A stretch of 64,000 bases of DNA from Octopus vulgaris (lineage: Eukaryota). Location of the stretch: assembly GCA_951406725.2 (NCBI GenBank), contig OX597816.1, forward strand, positions 106,206,001-106,270,000, given 5' to 3'. Of the stretch, positions 1-11,730 are shown piece after piece; within the stretch, counting starts at the first letter, position 1, and every line of letters begins with the position of its first letter. The position numbers and the translations under genes are program-made. Under the pieces are notes generated by a model. That model saw only the letters and a list, made by a program, of their open reading frames with translations. It was not told where the DNA came from and did no database searches.

Positions 1-290
<290 letters not shown>

Positions 291-366
291 TACTCTTTTA
301 CTCTTTTACTTGTTTCAGCCATCCGGCTGAGGCCATGCTGGGGCACCGCCCTTGTTGCTACCCTCT

Positions 367-3300
367 CTAAGTCCAGTTTGCCGTGGCTGGCCACTGATCT
401 AAGAGAGAGTTTGTAGCTGCTGCCCTTAGGTTACCTTCGTACCTTGCAGTGGGTTCATCTGGGATCCTGGAAAGCAGCTTGTCTAGATGTTTTTTGAAAA
501 TGTCCACATCCGCATCATGTAGATCTCTTAGTTTTCTTGGCAGTTTGTTGAAAAGCTGAGGGCCCCTGAACCCCAGGCTATTACAGTATCTGCTCCTTAC
601 CCTGGATGTGGAAGACGGGACCTTTGGCACCACACAGTGACGTCCTGTACGGGGATTGGAACAGCTCTCAATTCCAAAATTTGGTGCTAGTCCCTCCAGG
701 ATTTTCCATATGTATATCACTGCATATCTCTCTCGTCTTCGTTCCAAGGAGTACAAATTGAGTTCCCTAAGCCTCTCCCAATAGTTCTTTTCTTTCATGG
801 TGGAAATCCTCTTGGTGAAATGTCTTTGGATTGTCTCAAGCTCTGTGGTTAGTTTGACACTATGCGGTGACCACAGTTGGGAGCAGTAGTCCAGGCGGCT
901 TAGGACAAATGTCCTCCATAGTGTCAACATGGTCTCGCAGTCTCTTGTCCGGAATGTCCTCAGGATCCAGCCAGTGAGTCGTCTGCACATTGTCGCCACC
1001 TTCGCGATGTGTGAAGAAAAAGATGCATCGTCACTCATGTCTATCCCCAGGTCCCGTATTGATTTCGATACTGGGATTTCGATCCCTCCTGGACCAGTAT
1101 AGTTGTGTTGTAATGTATATGTGTTTACAGCTTGATATTGTAAGGCTTGAAATTTGCCAGCATTAAATTGCATGTTGTTGTCTTCAGCCCATTTGTATAT
1201 GGCATCCAGATCTTGTTGTAAAAGGTCAGCATCAGCTGGGTTTTTGATTGCCTGTGCTACCTTTGTGTCATCAGCATAGCTAGTGAGGGATGTTGTTTGT
1301 GCTACCAAGGGCATGTCAGAGAGCGCCACCAAAAACAGCAAGGGTCCCAAGACTGTGCCCTGTGGCACCCCGCTTGCTATTGGTGTCTTTCCCGAGAGGG
1401 CTCCATTGGCTGCAACCATCTGGCTTCTGTCCTTCAGGAAGTCATGTATCCACTCACCTACTTTTCCTGTTATGCCGAGTCTGAGTAATTTGTGACATAT
1501 CACTCCGTGGTCGACTTTGTCAAAGGCCTTCGCAAAGTCGAGATATACCACATCCACCTGTGAGCGATCCAGTAGTTGTTTCAGTACCCAGTCGTAGTGT
1601 TGTAACAGCTGCGTAAGGCAGCTTCTTCCTGGGCGAAAGCCATGCTGTGTGTCAGTGAGACGGTTAGTTTCTTCGAGGAACGTGATCAGTTTTTTTCTGA
1701 TGATTCGTTCCATGACCTTACTTATGTGTGACGTCAGGGAGACTGGCCTGTAGTTTTTGGCCTCTGCTCTACTCCCTCCTTTGTGGATAGGGCATATGGT
1801 GCCTTCTTTAAGCGCCCTGGGCAGTTTACCGTTAGCCAAGGAACCACTGAAGAGCTTCTTCAGTGGTCCCGCTAGGGCATGCCTGCATGTTTTTAGGAGG
1901 ACTGCTGGGAATCCATCTGGTCCAGCAGCTGAGTTTATTCTCATTTCTTCTATGGCAGATATTACATCCCTCTCTGTTATGTCTATGTGGTCGATGGTTG
2001 TTGTTTGGTTTTGGAGTGTTGTGGCATCAAAGAAAACTTCTGGGTTTGTGATTTGCATGTGCCCCAGAGGGGATGTGAACACACTTTTATACTGTTCCTT
2101 TAGTATTTCACTTATCCCTTGGGGGTCCTCAGTTAGAGAGCCCTTTTTATCAAAGAGTGGGCCAATCTTGCAGTGTACCGAGGTGGTTTCTTTCGCAAAT
2201 TTAAAGAAGGCTTTAGGGTTTGTTTTAATATTCTCTATGGCCCTGGCTTCTCTCTCTGCCCTCTCCTTCTCATAGGAAAGTTTGAGTGCAGTTTCCGTTT
2301 CAAAAAGTTTCAGGTGGAGTCCCTCATTGTTTCTCTGCCGTGCATTCAGTTGCTTCGAGAGCTTAGCTCTTCGCCTCATAAGTATTTTCCTGTCTCTGGG
2401 AATAACGTTCCTATGCCCGCTGGCTTTTTTCTCCGGGACAAACTTATGGCATATGTTCTGTATTGTTGTCATGAAATGTTGGAAATGTGTGTTGGTGTCT
2501 TGTGTGGTGATGAAGTCACTCCAGTCATGTTTTCGGATCTCTTCGTTGATCTTCTTCCAGTTTGCCTTATGGAAGTTTAGACTGGATAGGCCTGTGGTAT
2601 TTTCTAATGGCTGCGTCTCAACTAACTCTCTCATACCATATATCATTACCTCTACTAAGTTGTGATCTGAGAGAATTGTTGGTGTTACCATTATGTTGTG
2701 GATGAGCATCGGGTTGCTTGTGAAACAGAGGTCCAAGACATTCTCACCTCTTGTTGGCCAAAGCACTGCTTGCTCCATGAAAAACTTGCGTGTGAGAGCC
2801 AACAAGGACTCTGTCTGTCTCTGTTCAAGTGATGTCATTCCAGGGAGGAGATGGCCATCTGGCCATTTGACTTTCGGAAGGTTAAAATCTCCCAGCAGTA
2901 GAATGGTGTTACCCTGGTCCAGTTTGTCCAGGACTTCTTCTATTCTTCTGAGGCTATCTTCAAACACTCCTTCATGACTAGGGGTGTCTGGTGGCCGATA
3001 TGTGACACATATTACTATTTTCGGTTGTTTCATGTGTACTATCAGTGTGTCACAGACTGAGTTTGAGTGTGTCAACAGTACTATGGGTGTGACATCTTCA
3101 CGGACGTACAGGGCAACCCCACCATGAGTTCTTTCCTTCCTGTCCGACCGAAAAACAGTATACTTCGGTATGTGTATTTCTGCATCTGCTATACTGCTTG
3201 ACAGGTGCGTTTCAGTCAGCGCTATGCATATTGCATGGTTGCTTGTGCTCAAGTCCCTAAGGTAAGGAATTTTACCCATATTAGTGGGTTTCACCAGACC

Positions 3301-3549
3301 TCTGACATTCAGCAGAAGCACTGGTGAGACACCCGGGGTGTCAATAAAGGCTGACGGTGTGGCACCTGGGCCGGCGTCAGCGGTGGCCACCCTGGGTCCC
3401 TTGATTGTGGTGGTCTTGAGTGCTGTTGTGAGTGCCCCTGGCTCTGAAGACGATGTATCCAGGCCAGTTGTCCCACAATTTTCTCTGCCATTTCCACAAA
3501 ATTTCTTTGTTCTGCTGCCGCCGTCTGCATTTCCTCTGCAAATGTGCAC
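367..3549 (-). CDS. LINE ORF2: AP endonuclease + reverse transcriptase, uninterrupted (true start uncertain)
   Basis: APE motifs LLNVRGL, LTETH, LGDFN, LDL, SDH; RT motifs [39 protein letters not shown]; CR1-like C-terminus YSLERRRER. Confidence 0.93.
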   Translation of the reverse strand: MHICRGNADGGSRTKKFCGNGRENCGTTGLDTSSSEPGALTTALKTTTIKGPRVATADAGPGATPSAFIDTPGVSPVLLLNVRGLVKPTNMGKIPYLRDLSTSNHAICIALTETHLSSSIADAEIHIPKYTVFRSDRKERTHGGVALYVREDVTPIVLLTHSNSVCDTLIVHMKQPKIVICVTYRPPDTPSHEGVFEDSLRRIEEVLDKLDQGNTILLLGDFNLPKVKWPDGHLLPGMTSLEQRQTESLLALTRKFFMEQAVLWPTRGENVLDLCFTSNPMLIHNIMVTPTILSDHNLVEVMIYGMRELVETQPLENTTGLSSLNFHKANWKKINEEIRKHDWSDFITTQDTNTHFQHFMTTIQNICHKFVPEKKASGHRNVIPRDRKILMRRRAKLSKQLNARQRNNEGLHLKLFETETALKLSYEKERAEREARAIENIKTNPKAFFKFAKETTSVHCKIGPLFDKKGSLTEDPQGISEILKEQYKSVFTSPLGHMQITNPEVFFDATTLQNQTTTIDHIDITERDVISAIEEMRINSAAGPDGFPAVLLKTCRHALAGPLKKLFSGSLANGKLPRALKEGTICPIHKGGSRAEAKNYRPVSLTSHISKVMERIIRKKLITFLEETNRLTDTQHGFRPGRSCLTQLLQHYDWVLKQLLDRSQVDVVYLDFAKAFDKVDHGVICHKLLRLGITGKVGEWIHDFLKDRSQMVAANGALSGKTPIASGVPQGTVLGPLLFLVALSDMPLVAQTTSLTSYADDTKVAQAIKNPADADLLQQDLDAIYKWAEDNNMQFNAGKFQALQYQAVNTYTLQHNYTGPGGIEIPVSKSIRDLGIDMSDDASFSSHIAKVATMCRRLTGWILRTFRTRDCETMLTLWRTFVLSRLDYCSQLWSPHSVKLTTELETIQRHFTKRISTMKEKNYWERLRELNLYSLERRRERYAVIYIWKILEGLAPNFGIESCSNPRTGRHCVVPKVPSSTSRVRSRYCNSLGFRGPQLFNKLPRKLRDLHDADVDIFKKHLDKLLSRIPDEPTARYEGNLRAAATNSLLDQWPATANWT

Positions 3550-3957
3550 CTTCTCCTTGTTGGGGCATTACGCACTATGTCTGCATATTTCTGGGGCAGC
3601 TTGTATTTGTTCTGGTTTTGGTTAAGGCATTTTGGTCGAGTGGGTTTGATGCAATTTCCATAGGGCCTGGGATGAGCGAACCTGCATCCTTCCCCTGTTT
3701 CTCCATGCCAGCAGGTTCCATTCCGGAAGAATTTGCATGTTATCTGGGTTTTCTTGTCCCCAGTTCCTCTCTGTTTTTTTCTTCCTCCGTTGGACGGTTG
3801 TCCACTGGTTCCTTTCTGCATAGGTCTTTTCATCCGGGTGGTTATTTTCTGTTTCCCCATTGCCGCCTATCTGTTGTTTGCCCTGCTTGCCTTCTTCGAC
3901 TGTGGCAGTGGGCGTGTCATTTTTTGACACTCTGTGGTTGGTGTTTCCTGTTTCCAT
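3309..3957 (-). CDS. LINE ORF1 with CCCH zinc finger; appears split by a frameshift at an A7 run near 3774-3780
   Basis: ATG at 3957 (METGNT...QRRKK) in one frame; [22 protein letters not shown] in the +1 frame (ORF 3309-3860). Confidence 0.6.
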
Positions 3958-3969
3958 CTCTCTCTCTTT

Positions 3970-4352
<383 letters not shown>

Positions 4353-4535
4353 ACATCATCATCATCGTTTAACGTCCGTTCTCCATGCTAGCATGAGTTG
4401 GACAGTTCAACCAGGGATCTGGGATCAGCCAGAAGGCTGCACCAGGCTCCAGTCTTATCTGGCAATGTTTCTACAGCTGGATGCCCTTCCTAACGCCAAC
4501 CACTCCGTGAGTGTAGTGGGTGCTTTTTACGTGCC
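4353..4535 (-). mobile_element. Stand-alone copy of the RTE-associated 3' tail module with (GAT)n tail
   Basis: Reverse complement of the module at 5930-6125. Confidence 0.85.
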
Positions 4536-4686
4536 ATATATATATATACATGTATATATACATATATATATTTATATACACACATATACAGATATATATA
4601 TATATATATGTACATGTATATACACAACATATACATGTATATATATACATATATATATATACATGTATATACATACATACATACAT

Positions 4687-4722
<36 letters not shown>

Positions 4723-6123
4723 TCTCAGTCCCCTTTTATTCATCATAGTCCTTCAGGCAATAACAGAGGAATTCAAAACGGGATGCCCCTGGGAGCTCCT
4801 CTATGCCGATGACCTAGCTCTCATAGCAGAATCACTACCGGAACTAGAAGAGAAATTTCGGGTGTGGAAGCAAGGGTTGGAATCAAAGGGCCTTAGAATA
4901 AATGTAGCAAAGACCAAAGTATTAGTAAGCAGCAAGAGGTACTCAGCACACATCTCCTCGGGTATGGCCCTGCTCAACCTGTAGGAAAGGTACAGGTAGA
5001 AACTCCATAAGATGCACCCAATGTAAGTTATGGACACATAAGAGGTGCAGCAACATTAAAGGGAAATTAACAGATAAGATAGCTTTCATGTGCGGCAGAT
5101 GCACAGGGACAATAGACACAACAGACACTCAGAAAACAGATTCCATCACACTCCAGGGAGAGAAACTAGAAGTAGTTGATAGTTTCCGCTACCTGGGAGA
5201 CCAAGTTAGTAGCGGAGGTGGATGCACAGAGAGTATCACTACTAGAATACGAATAGCCTGGGCAAAGTTCAGAAAGCTCCTACCCCTACTGGCAACAAAA
5301 GGTCTCTCCTCAGAGCAAAAGGTAGATTGTATGATGCATGTGTGCGAACTGCCATGCTTCACGGTAATGAAACATGGGCTGTGACTGCAGAAGACATGCG
5401 TAGACTTGAAAGAAATGAAGCTAGCATGATCCGCTGGATGTGTAGTGTCAGTGTGCACGCAAAACAGAGTGTAAGTATCCTGAGAGAAATGCTGGATATA
5501 AGAAGCATCAGATGTGGTGTGCAAGAGCGACGCTTGCGATGGTATGGTCATGTGCTGCGGATGGATGAAGAGAGATGTGTGAAGAAGTGCCACTCCCAAA
5601 CAGTTGAAGGTATCAGGGGGAGAGGTAGACCCAGGAAGACATGGGATGAGGTGGTCAAGCATGACCTCAGAGCATTGGGCCTCACTGAGGCAATGGCGAA
5701 GGACCGAGATCTCTGGAGATATGCTGTGACTACAAAGACCCGGGCTGCTTTCTGCAGCAATTCCACATACCCCCTACCCATTCTAAGTACCCCGGATCCC
5801 CAAAGTACCCCGGATCCCCAAAGTACCCTGGATCCCCAAAATACCCCGGACCTCGTTGCCCCCGTGCCGCTGACACGTTAAAATGCTCGAATCCGATCGT
5901 GACGATGCCGGACCCTCCGGCCCCTGTGCAGGTGGCACGTAAAAAGCACCCAATCCACTCACGGAGTGGTTGGCGTTAGGAAGGGCATCCAGCCGTAGAA
6001 ACTCTGCCAGATTCAGACTGGAGCCTGGAGCGGCCCCTGGCTTCCCAGACCCGGTCAAACCGTCCAACCCGTGCTAGCGCGGAAAGCGGACGTTAAACGA
6101 TGATGATGATGATGATGATGATG

Positions 6124-6125
<2 letters not shown>
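4723..6125 (+). mobile_element. 5'-truncated, frameshifted RTE-clade LINE with 3' UTR and (GAT)n tail
   Basis: [51 protein letters not shown] spread over several frames. Confidence 0.9.
5785..5851 (+). repeat. 18-bp tandem repeat (AAGTACCCCGGATCCCCA), about 3.7 copies
   Basis: Directly visible; reads STPDPQ repeats in the ORF track. Confidence 0.9.
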
Positions 6126-6164
<39 letters not shown>

Positions 6165-7092
6165 ACATGTCCTTCAACCTATTGTATCCTGTCAAACTGC
6201 TCAACCCATGTCAGCATGGAAGATGAAAAGAAAATAATGATAATGAGAATCTTCATACCTTAAAAGCAAAAAGATTTTTTGTGGCATTTTTCTTTTCAAG
6301 ATGCTAAGCTTCAGAAAAATATAAAGCCTATTTTCTTTTCTCTCTTTGGGAAACTACAAAGATCACTTGTTCTATAAAGAACATGCATGTTTTTGTCTGC
6401 TACAAATTATATAACTAAGCAAATAGAGATCTTTGCCCAGCAACACAGATCAGTAAACTCTCTTCTATCCTGCACCACTGAGTCAGAGGAATTACTGGAT
6501 AACTGATTTTTCCAGATATCTCATCACTTTTTAAATTACCATAGCACCTTACAAAGCTCATTAAAGCTTTATATTATCACTAACATTCTAAAAGTATAAA
6601 AGTTTTATTTACCTAATAAAATACAGGTACTGTAAATGCAATGAAATAAAATGCTGTACTTTAAGAAGCAGCAATCTATTTTAGGTGCAGTGGAACATTT
6701 CTTTCTTGTAATGATAATGAATTAACACAAATTAGCACAAATTCTCTTGACTCTAATTAGCAACATGTTTTCTTTCATTCTGGATATTTAAGTACCAGAT
6801 AAGAGGGATGCTGTAGCATATGAAGTCTTGTCAATGTTTTTGAGTCTTAAATTTTACCACCAGAGAAACCAACACAATACTTCACTAAATACTTAAAACA
6901 AATAAGTGAACCTCTATTCAGTCACTCTATATGCTAGACATGGCTGCCAAACTTTCCTCTTTGTACAATGTCGTCATAAAAACAGGCAAGAAAAAGTCAG
7001 GGTGGTCAAAGCTTGTGCTATACAGCAGCAATAGTGGACTAAAATCAAGATCTATTAATACTAATAATATACAATTATTTTCTTTGTTTTAG

Positions 7093-7352
7093 GTTTGAAG
7101 CATTTTGTCACAATTGAATCTTTCAAGGAGATTGTTGACAGGAAAGAAGTCCTTACTATTGAGCAGTTACGTTGCATTTTGCTGAATGTTCAAAGGCTGG
7201 AAAACGAGAACAGTGAAATGAATGACATCTATAGCACCAGGCTTGAAATTTGTATCAAGTCTTTTATTAACAGTCTCAATCGAAAGTCAGATGGTGTTCA
7301 AACTAAGCAACTAGAAGCATATCTTCTGTCATTGTTGGATAAATATTTAAAG
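7093..7352 (+). CDS. URB1: URB1 exon (LKHFVTIESF...DKYLK)
   Basis: tttag acceptor, AAG/gtgata donor, open frame, phase fits next exon. Confidence 0.75.
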
Positions 7353-7378
7353 GTGATATCCGGTTTTCCATCAATTTC

Positions 7379-7497
<119 letters not shown>

Positions 7498-8444
7498 GAC
7501 ATACACACACACACACATAATATTATGAGATTATACTTAAATAAAATTTGGAGTTTTAGTCTTTGATGTGTGTGTGTGTGTGTGTAAATTCTATAACAAA
7601 ATGACTTTTTAGTCTTACTGAGCATATGACAAGCTCTGGCGTTGGTGCTACAATAAAATCCAGCCATAGAAACAATATCAAAATTGGAATGTTTGAGTGA
7701 TGCTTGGTCTCTAACCCATCTAACAAAGCAATATAAGGACTTGGGATTATGGCAACTCATCTAACCCATGCCATTATGGAAAGCAGATGTATGTATGATA
7801 CTGCTATTGATATTGATTTCTAGCCTTACTTCAACAAGCAGTTTTGTTCTTCTTAGCTGTCATGTCATACCCAAATTTTCATTTTTAAAGTTAGTAAGGA
7901 GAGATGGTACAATTCCTATATTTTTGTCAAGTTCTTCCAAACTAGTACGTTTGTAGTTAATGCAGACAGGGAAGTGTAGGCAAGGGGGAATTCTAGAAGG
8001 ATGCAGTTCTAGGAATGAAAGACTGCCTGAATTTTTTCATACGGAGTCTTGGAATGTGAGTCAGTGACGGTGACAAAAATAAGTGATACTTAGAGCAAGT
8101 TTGAGTAGTAGTCCAAAGAAAAAAATACAGAATGTATTAATTCATATACTCTGTGATGTGTTATTTAATTTTATGCGCTAATTGCCAAATTAAATGGTTT
8201 ATCTTGGATATTGACTATTATATAAACTGTCTGCCTTAGACAGCAAATGCTGGTATGGGACCCAGCTCAATTATTAAAATCAGAATTCTTTGGTTATTGA
8301 ATCTGTTTCTTCTCTGTCTGGATAATAATCCCAGTGTTAGTTTCTAAGAGTAAGGCTTGAAATATTTTCTCAAAGTTAATTCCTTTTTAGTGTATAAGTG
8401 TTTACAGTAAATATTTAATTCATCAATATATAAATAACATTTAA

Positions 8445-8651
8445 CCCATTAGCATATTATAATGTAGTGCATATTTATTCACATTGTTTTAAATTAATCA
8501 TGCATTACCATGTAGTTTTGAGATTTTGATGAAGTGATTGTTTATTTTCAAAATGACAATGTTGGGGAATTATGAGAGGTCAGGTCTGGTTGCTTTGAAC
8601 ATAAAGCTTGTAGAATATTTGGGCTAGATATGGCCAGTTTAAATGCTAGAG
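8445..8651 (+). mobile_element. piggyBac-type MITE (TTAA-flanked)
   Basis: TTAA|CCCATTAGCAT...ATGCTAGAG|TTAA; homologous to 44462-44682 and 51482-51702. Confidence 0.75.
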
Positions 8652-9079
8652 TTAAGATAAATTTGAGCTAAGGTACTTGGTGACTCTGTCAGTGCAAGTG
8701 CCATATAAAAAGCATCCAGTACACTGTAAAGTAGTTACTGTTAGGAAGGGCATCAAGCTGTAGAAACCAAGCCAAAACACAATGGAACCTGGTGTTGCTC
8801 TTGGCCTTGCCAGCTCCTGTCAAACCACTCAACCCATGCCTGTATGGAAAACAGACCTTAAAGGATACTGATGGTGATGATGACTACTATCAAAACAGAA
8901 AAAAGAGTAGACGTAATATATGGCATCAAGTCTCACCTATCTATCCTATTGCTTGTATCGTTACTTCAAAGAAAATTTCAATAACTTAATTCTACTTAAC
9001 AATTCATGTATGTACATATACATACACATCCTACACATCTTTGTCAAGCTGTGGTGGGGGACACATACACACACATATA

Positions 9080-9240
9080 CTTGACAGACTTCCACACAGT
9101 TTCCATCTACCAAATCCACTTACAAGGCATTGTTTGACCCAGGATTATAGTTAAAGACACTTTCCAAGATGCCGCTCAATGGAACTGAACCCAAAACATG
9201 TGGTTGCAAAGCAAGCTTCTTAACCACACAGTCATGCCTG
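9080..9240 (-). mobile_element. tRNA-derived SINE, head and core
   Basis: Reverse complement of the family at 15841-16000. Confidence 0.75.
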
Positions 9241-9402
9241 CACTTATGTATGCATGTGTGTGTGTATGTATATATATATATATATATGTGTGTGTGTTTA
9301 TGTATATATATGTGTGTGTGTATGTGTATATATATGTATGTGTATGTATATATATGTGTGTGTGTATGTATATATATGTATATTATGTATGCATGTGTGT
9401 GT

Positions 9403-10048
9403 TGGGTTAAGTTTGAAATCTCTACTTAGATTTGATGACCAGATCTTATGCATATCATTACAGGCTGACCAGGCCATACCCTTTCTAGTTAGAAAATATT
9501 TTTCAGATGATGATATGTATGACCCAAGATATTTGTAATCAGAAACCATATTTAAGGGCGTACTGTTGAGAGTATGGATGATGAAACCACTGTTGGACAG
9601 GCACTTGTTTACATATTCAGTCTTGGACTCATTGAAGTAAAGACCTGCACAATTTGAGGCTTGTTCAATTTGAGAAACGGTTGAATGGAACTTACACTTG
9701 CCTCCTTATGAGAACTCAAAATTTCTCGTGGAAGCGTCATCCAACCAAAGTACAAATATATGGGAAACTACCACCTGTATCATCTCTTGTGAAAGGTAGA
9801 AGAGTCCAGTTTGCTGGACATTGTTGTAGAGCTGAAAACGAGGTAATTTCTACTCTTCTCCTCTGGAAGCCATCTGCTCGTGATACCAGAGGGCGCACAC
9901 TCTCCTACCCTGATGTAATCTCCAGGGATACAGGCATCCAGCAACAGGACCTCCGTAATGCTATGATGGACCGTGAAGTCTGGCGTAACATAGTAAATTC
10001 CATTGTCTCGACCACGGTCAAACAATGATGATGATGATGGGTTAAGTT
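9403..10048 (+). mobile_element. RTE-X-like LINE 3' fragment with inverted 5' part, (GAT)n tail and TSD
   Basis: Plus part RRVQFAGHC..LLLWKP; minus part GLYFNESKTEY..YKYLGSYI; TGGGTTAAGTT at both ends. Confidence 0.85.
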
Positions 10049-10264
10049 ATGAATATGAACATTTACTGTTAAAAAGAGTCAGTATTCTTGGGAAAGTCGA
10101 CTTTATTATATATAGGGATTTCTGTGACTTGAAATTTGGTCTCTGAATGCTTATTCAGTTTGTTTCAGTGAACCTAATGCAGTAAGACTTCTCACTGTCT
10201 GTCTGTTTCTCTCTCCAAATGACTGAAACAAGTAAAAGAATATATATATATATCCATTTTCTAG

Positions 10265-10332
10265 AATGTGTCAACAGAGCAGTGTGATGTTCTTAAAGCA
10301 ACATGGTCTTCATTCATCCAAAGCAGTCTAAG
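10265..10332 (+). CDS. URB1: URB1 exon (NVSTEQCDVLKATWSSFIQSSL)
   Basis: ttctag acceptor, AG/gtaagt donor, phases match both neighbours. Confidence 0.75.
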
Positions 10333-10769
10333 GTAAGTATGTTACCTATTCAAATATATAGGTTGCATCTGCTATATTCTTTTGTTTATGTTACTTCTAG
10401 AATTTATGATAATGATTTTGTTTTCATATTTCACTCGTTATGACAGGAAACACCACACAGGATTCATTGAATACATCTATAGTTTAAAAAATGAAAAGAG
10501 GGACCTCTATGTGGTCGTTTGTTGAAATTACACCCAAATGTCTCAAAGTGGAAAACAGACTTCTGGCTGTATTATACCTGAAGCAAAGACAGCTTGAGCT
10601 CCTTTGATCATAGGGCTGCTGAATCAGGTTTGGGGTTGTTTTAAGAACCGAAACTCCAGGTACATTATTTTTAGTGAGACAACTGCATGAAAAGTTCTTA
10701 ACAAAGAACAAGTCACATTGCTTTATATTTGTTGAACTAGAGAAAAATATTAAGGGGTTCTATTGTTCT

Positions 10770-11010
10770 GTTGTCTAATGAGGACATGGAATTTCTGGTT
10801 GAATGGCTTGTGAGAGCCATTCAAGCCATTTACAAGGATGTTGTGTGTAAAAATAGGGTTGGCAATGACTTTAGTGAGGAACTTTGTGTACAAGTAGGTG
10901 TTCTTTACATTCAGTTCTCAGTTGCCTTACATTCGTTGTAGTCTTTGAGGTTTATTACACAAGAGTACAGAATTGATTGTTCTTAGAAGGTTATATATGT
11001 TAATGATTTG
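10770..11010 (+). mobile_element. Degraded RTE reverse transcriptase fragment
   Basis: EWLVRAIQAIYKD..RVGNDFSEELCVQVGV. Confidence 0.65.
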
Positions 11011-11554
11011 ATTAAAAGCATCAGTAGAATTGTGCAGGAAAGCACCCCCAACCCACCCCTTACATTTGTATGGAGATGTGATAGTAGAAAATACCCTTAA
11101 AAAATAGATTTGAGAAAGTGTAGTTAGATCTCAGAAGGTAGATTGCTATTTTAAGCAGCAGACTATGTAGTGGCTTGCCCGATGACTTATCTATATAATA
11201 GTAGACATTTTTAGTGTCTGTTTTTCAGTGAGATCAATGGTTTTGCATAGCCAGAATTGTTATTCTGTACCAGTATGTTATAGCAAGGTCAGTAGTTCCT
11301 ATGCTATTATCTTCTCTGTTGCAAGTACTGAGTTGAGTTTTGCCTACATGGAGACCTACTTGCAAAAAAACTTGTGCTCTCATTGAGTAATTGAACATTC
11401 AGCAGTGACAAGGGTATTCGGCTGTCAAAAAAACTTTCTATCACTCACACAAGTATGCAAGCATAGAATAATTACTGTAAAGCAGTTTTACAAAATGTGA
11501 AGTTTCACAAAACGTTCCTGTATATAATACTTTAAAAAATTATTTTTCTTACAG

Positions 11555-11730
11555 ATTCTGTTTTACTAACCCCGTGTTGTTGCAAATCTTGGTCAATGTT
11601 CTTCCCTCAATGTATTGCAAGAAAAACAAAACAAATGTCTCACCAACCCTGAAAGAACTTCACCAGATGCTTATTTACCATTCTGAGTTCATGAACATTA
11701 TGATGGAAGGTAACTCGGGTGTAACAAAAG
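11555..11730 (+). CDS. URB1: URB1 exon (FCFTNPVLLQ...GVTK)
   Basis: ttacag acceptor, G/gtaagg donor, phase consistent. Confidence 0.82.

Noticed and set aside
1283-3625. Plus-strand ORFs overlapping the LINE
   Set aside because: Antisense shadows of ORF1/ORF2 with no recognisable motifs
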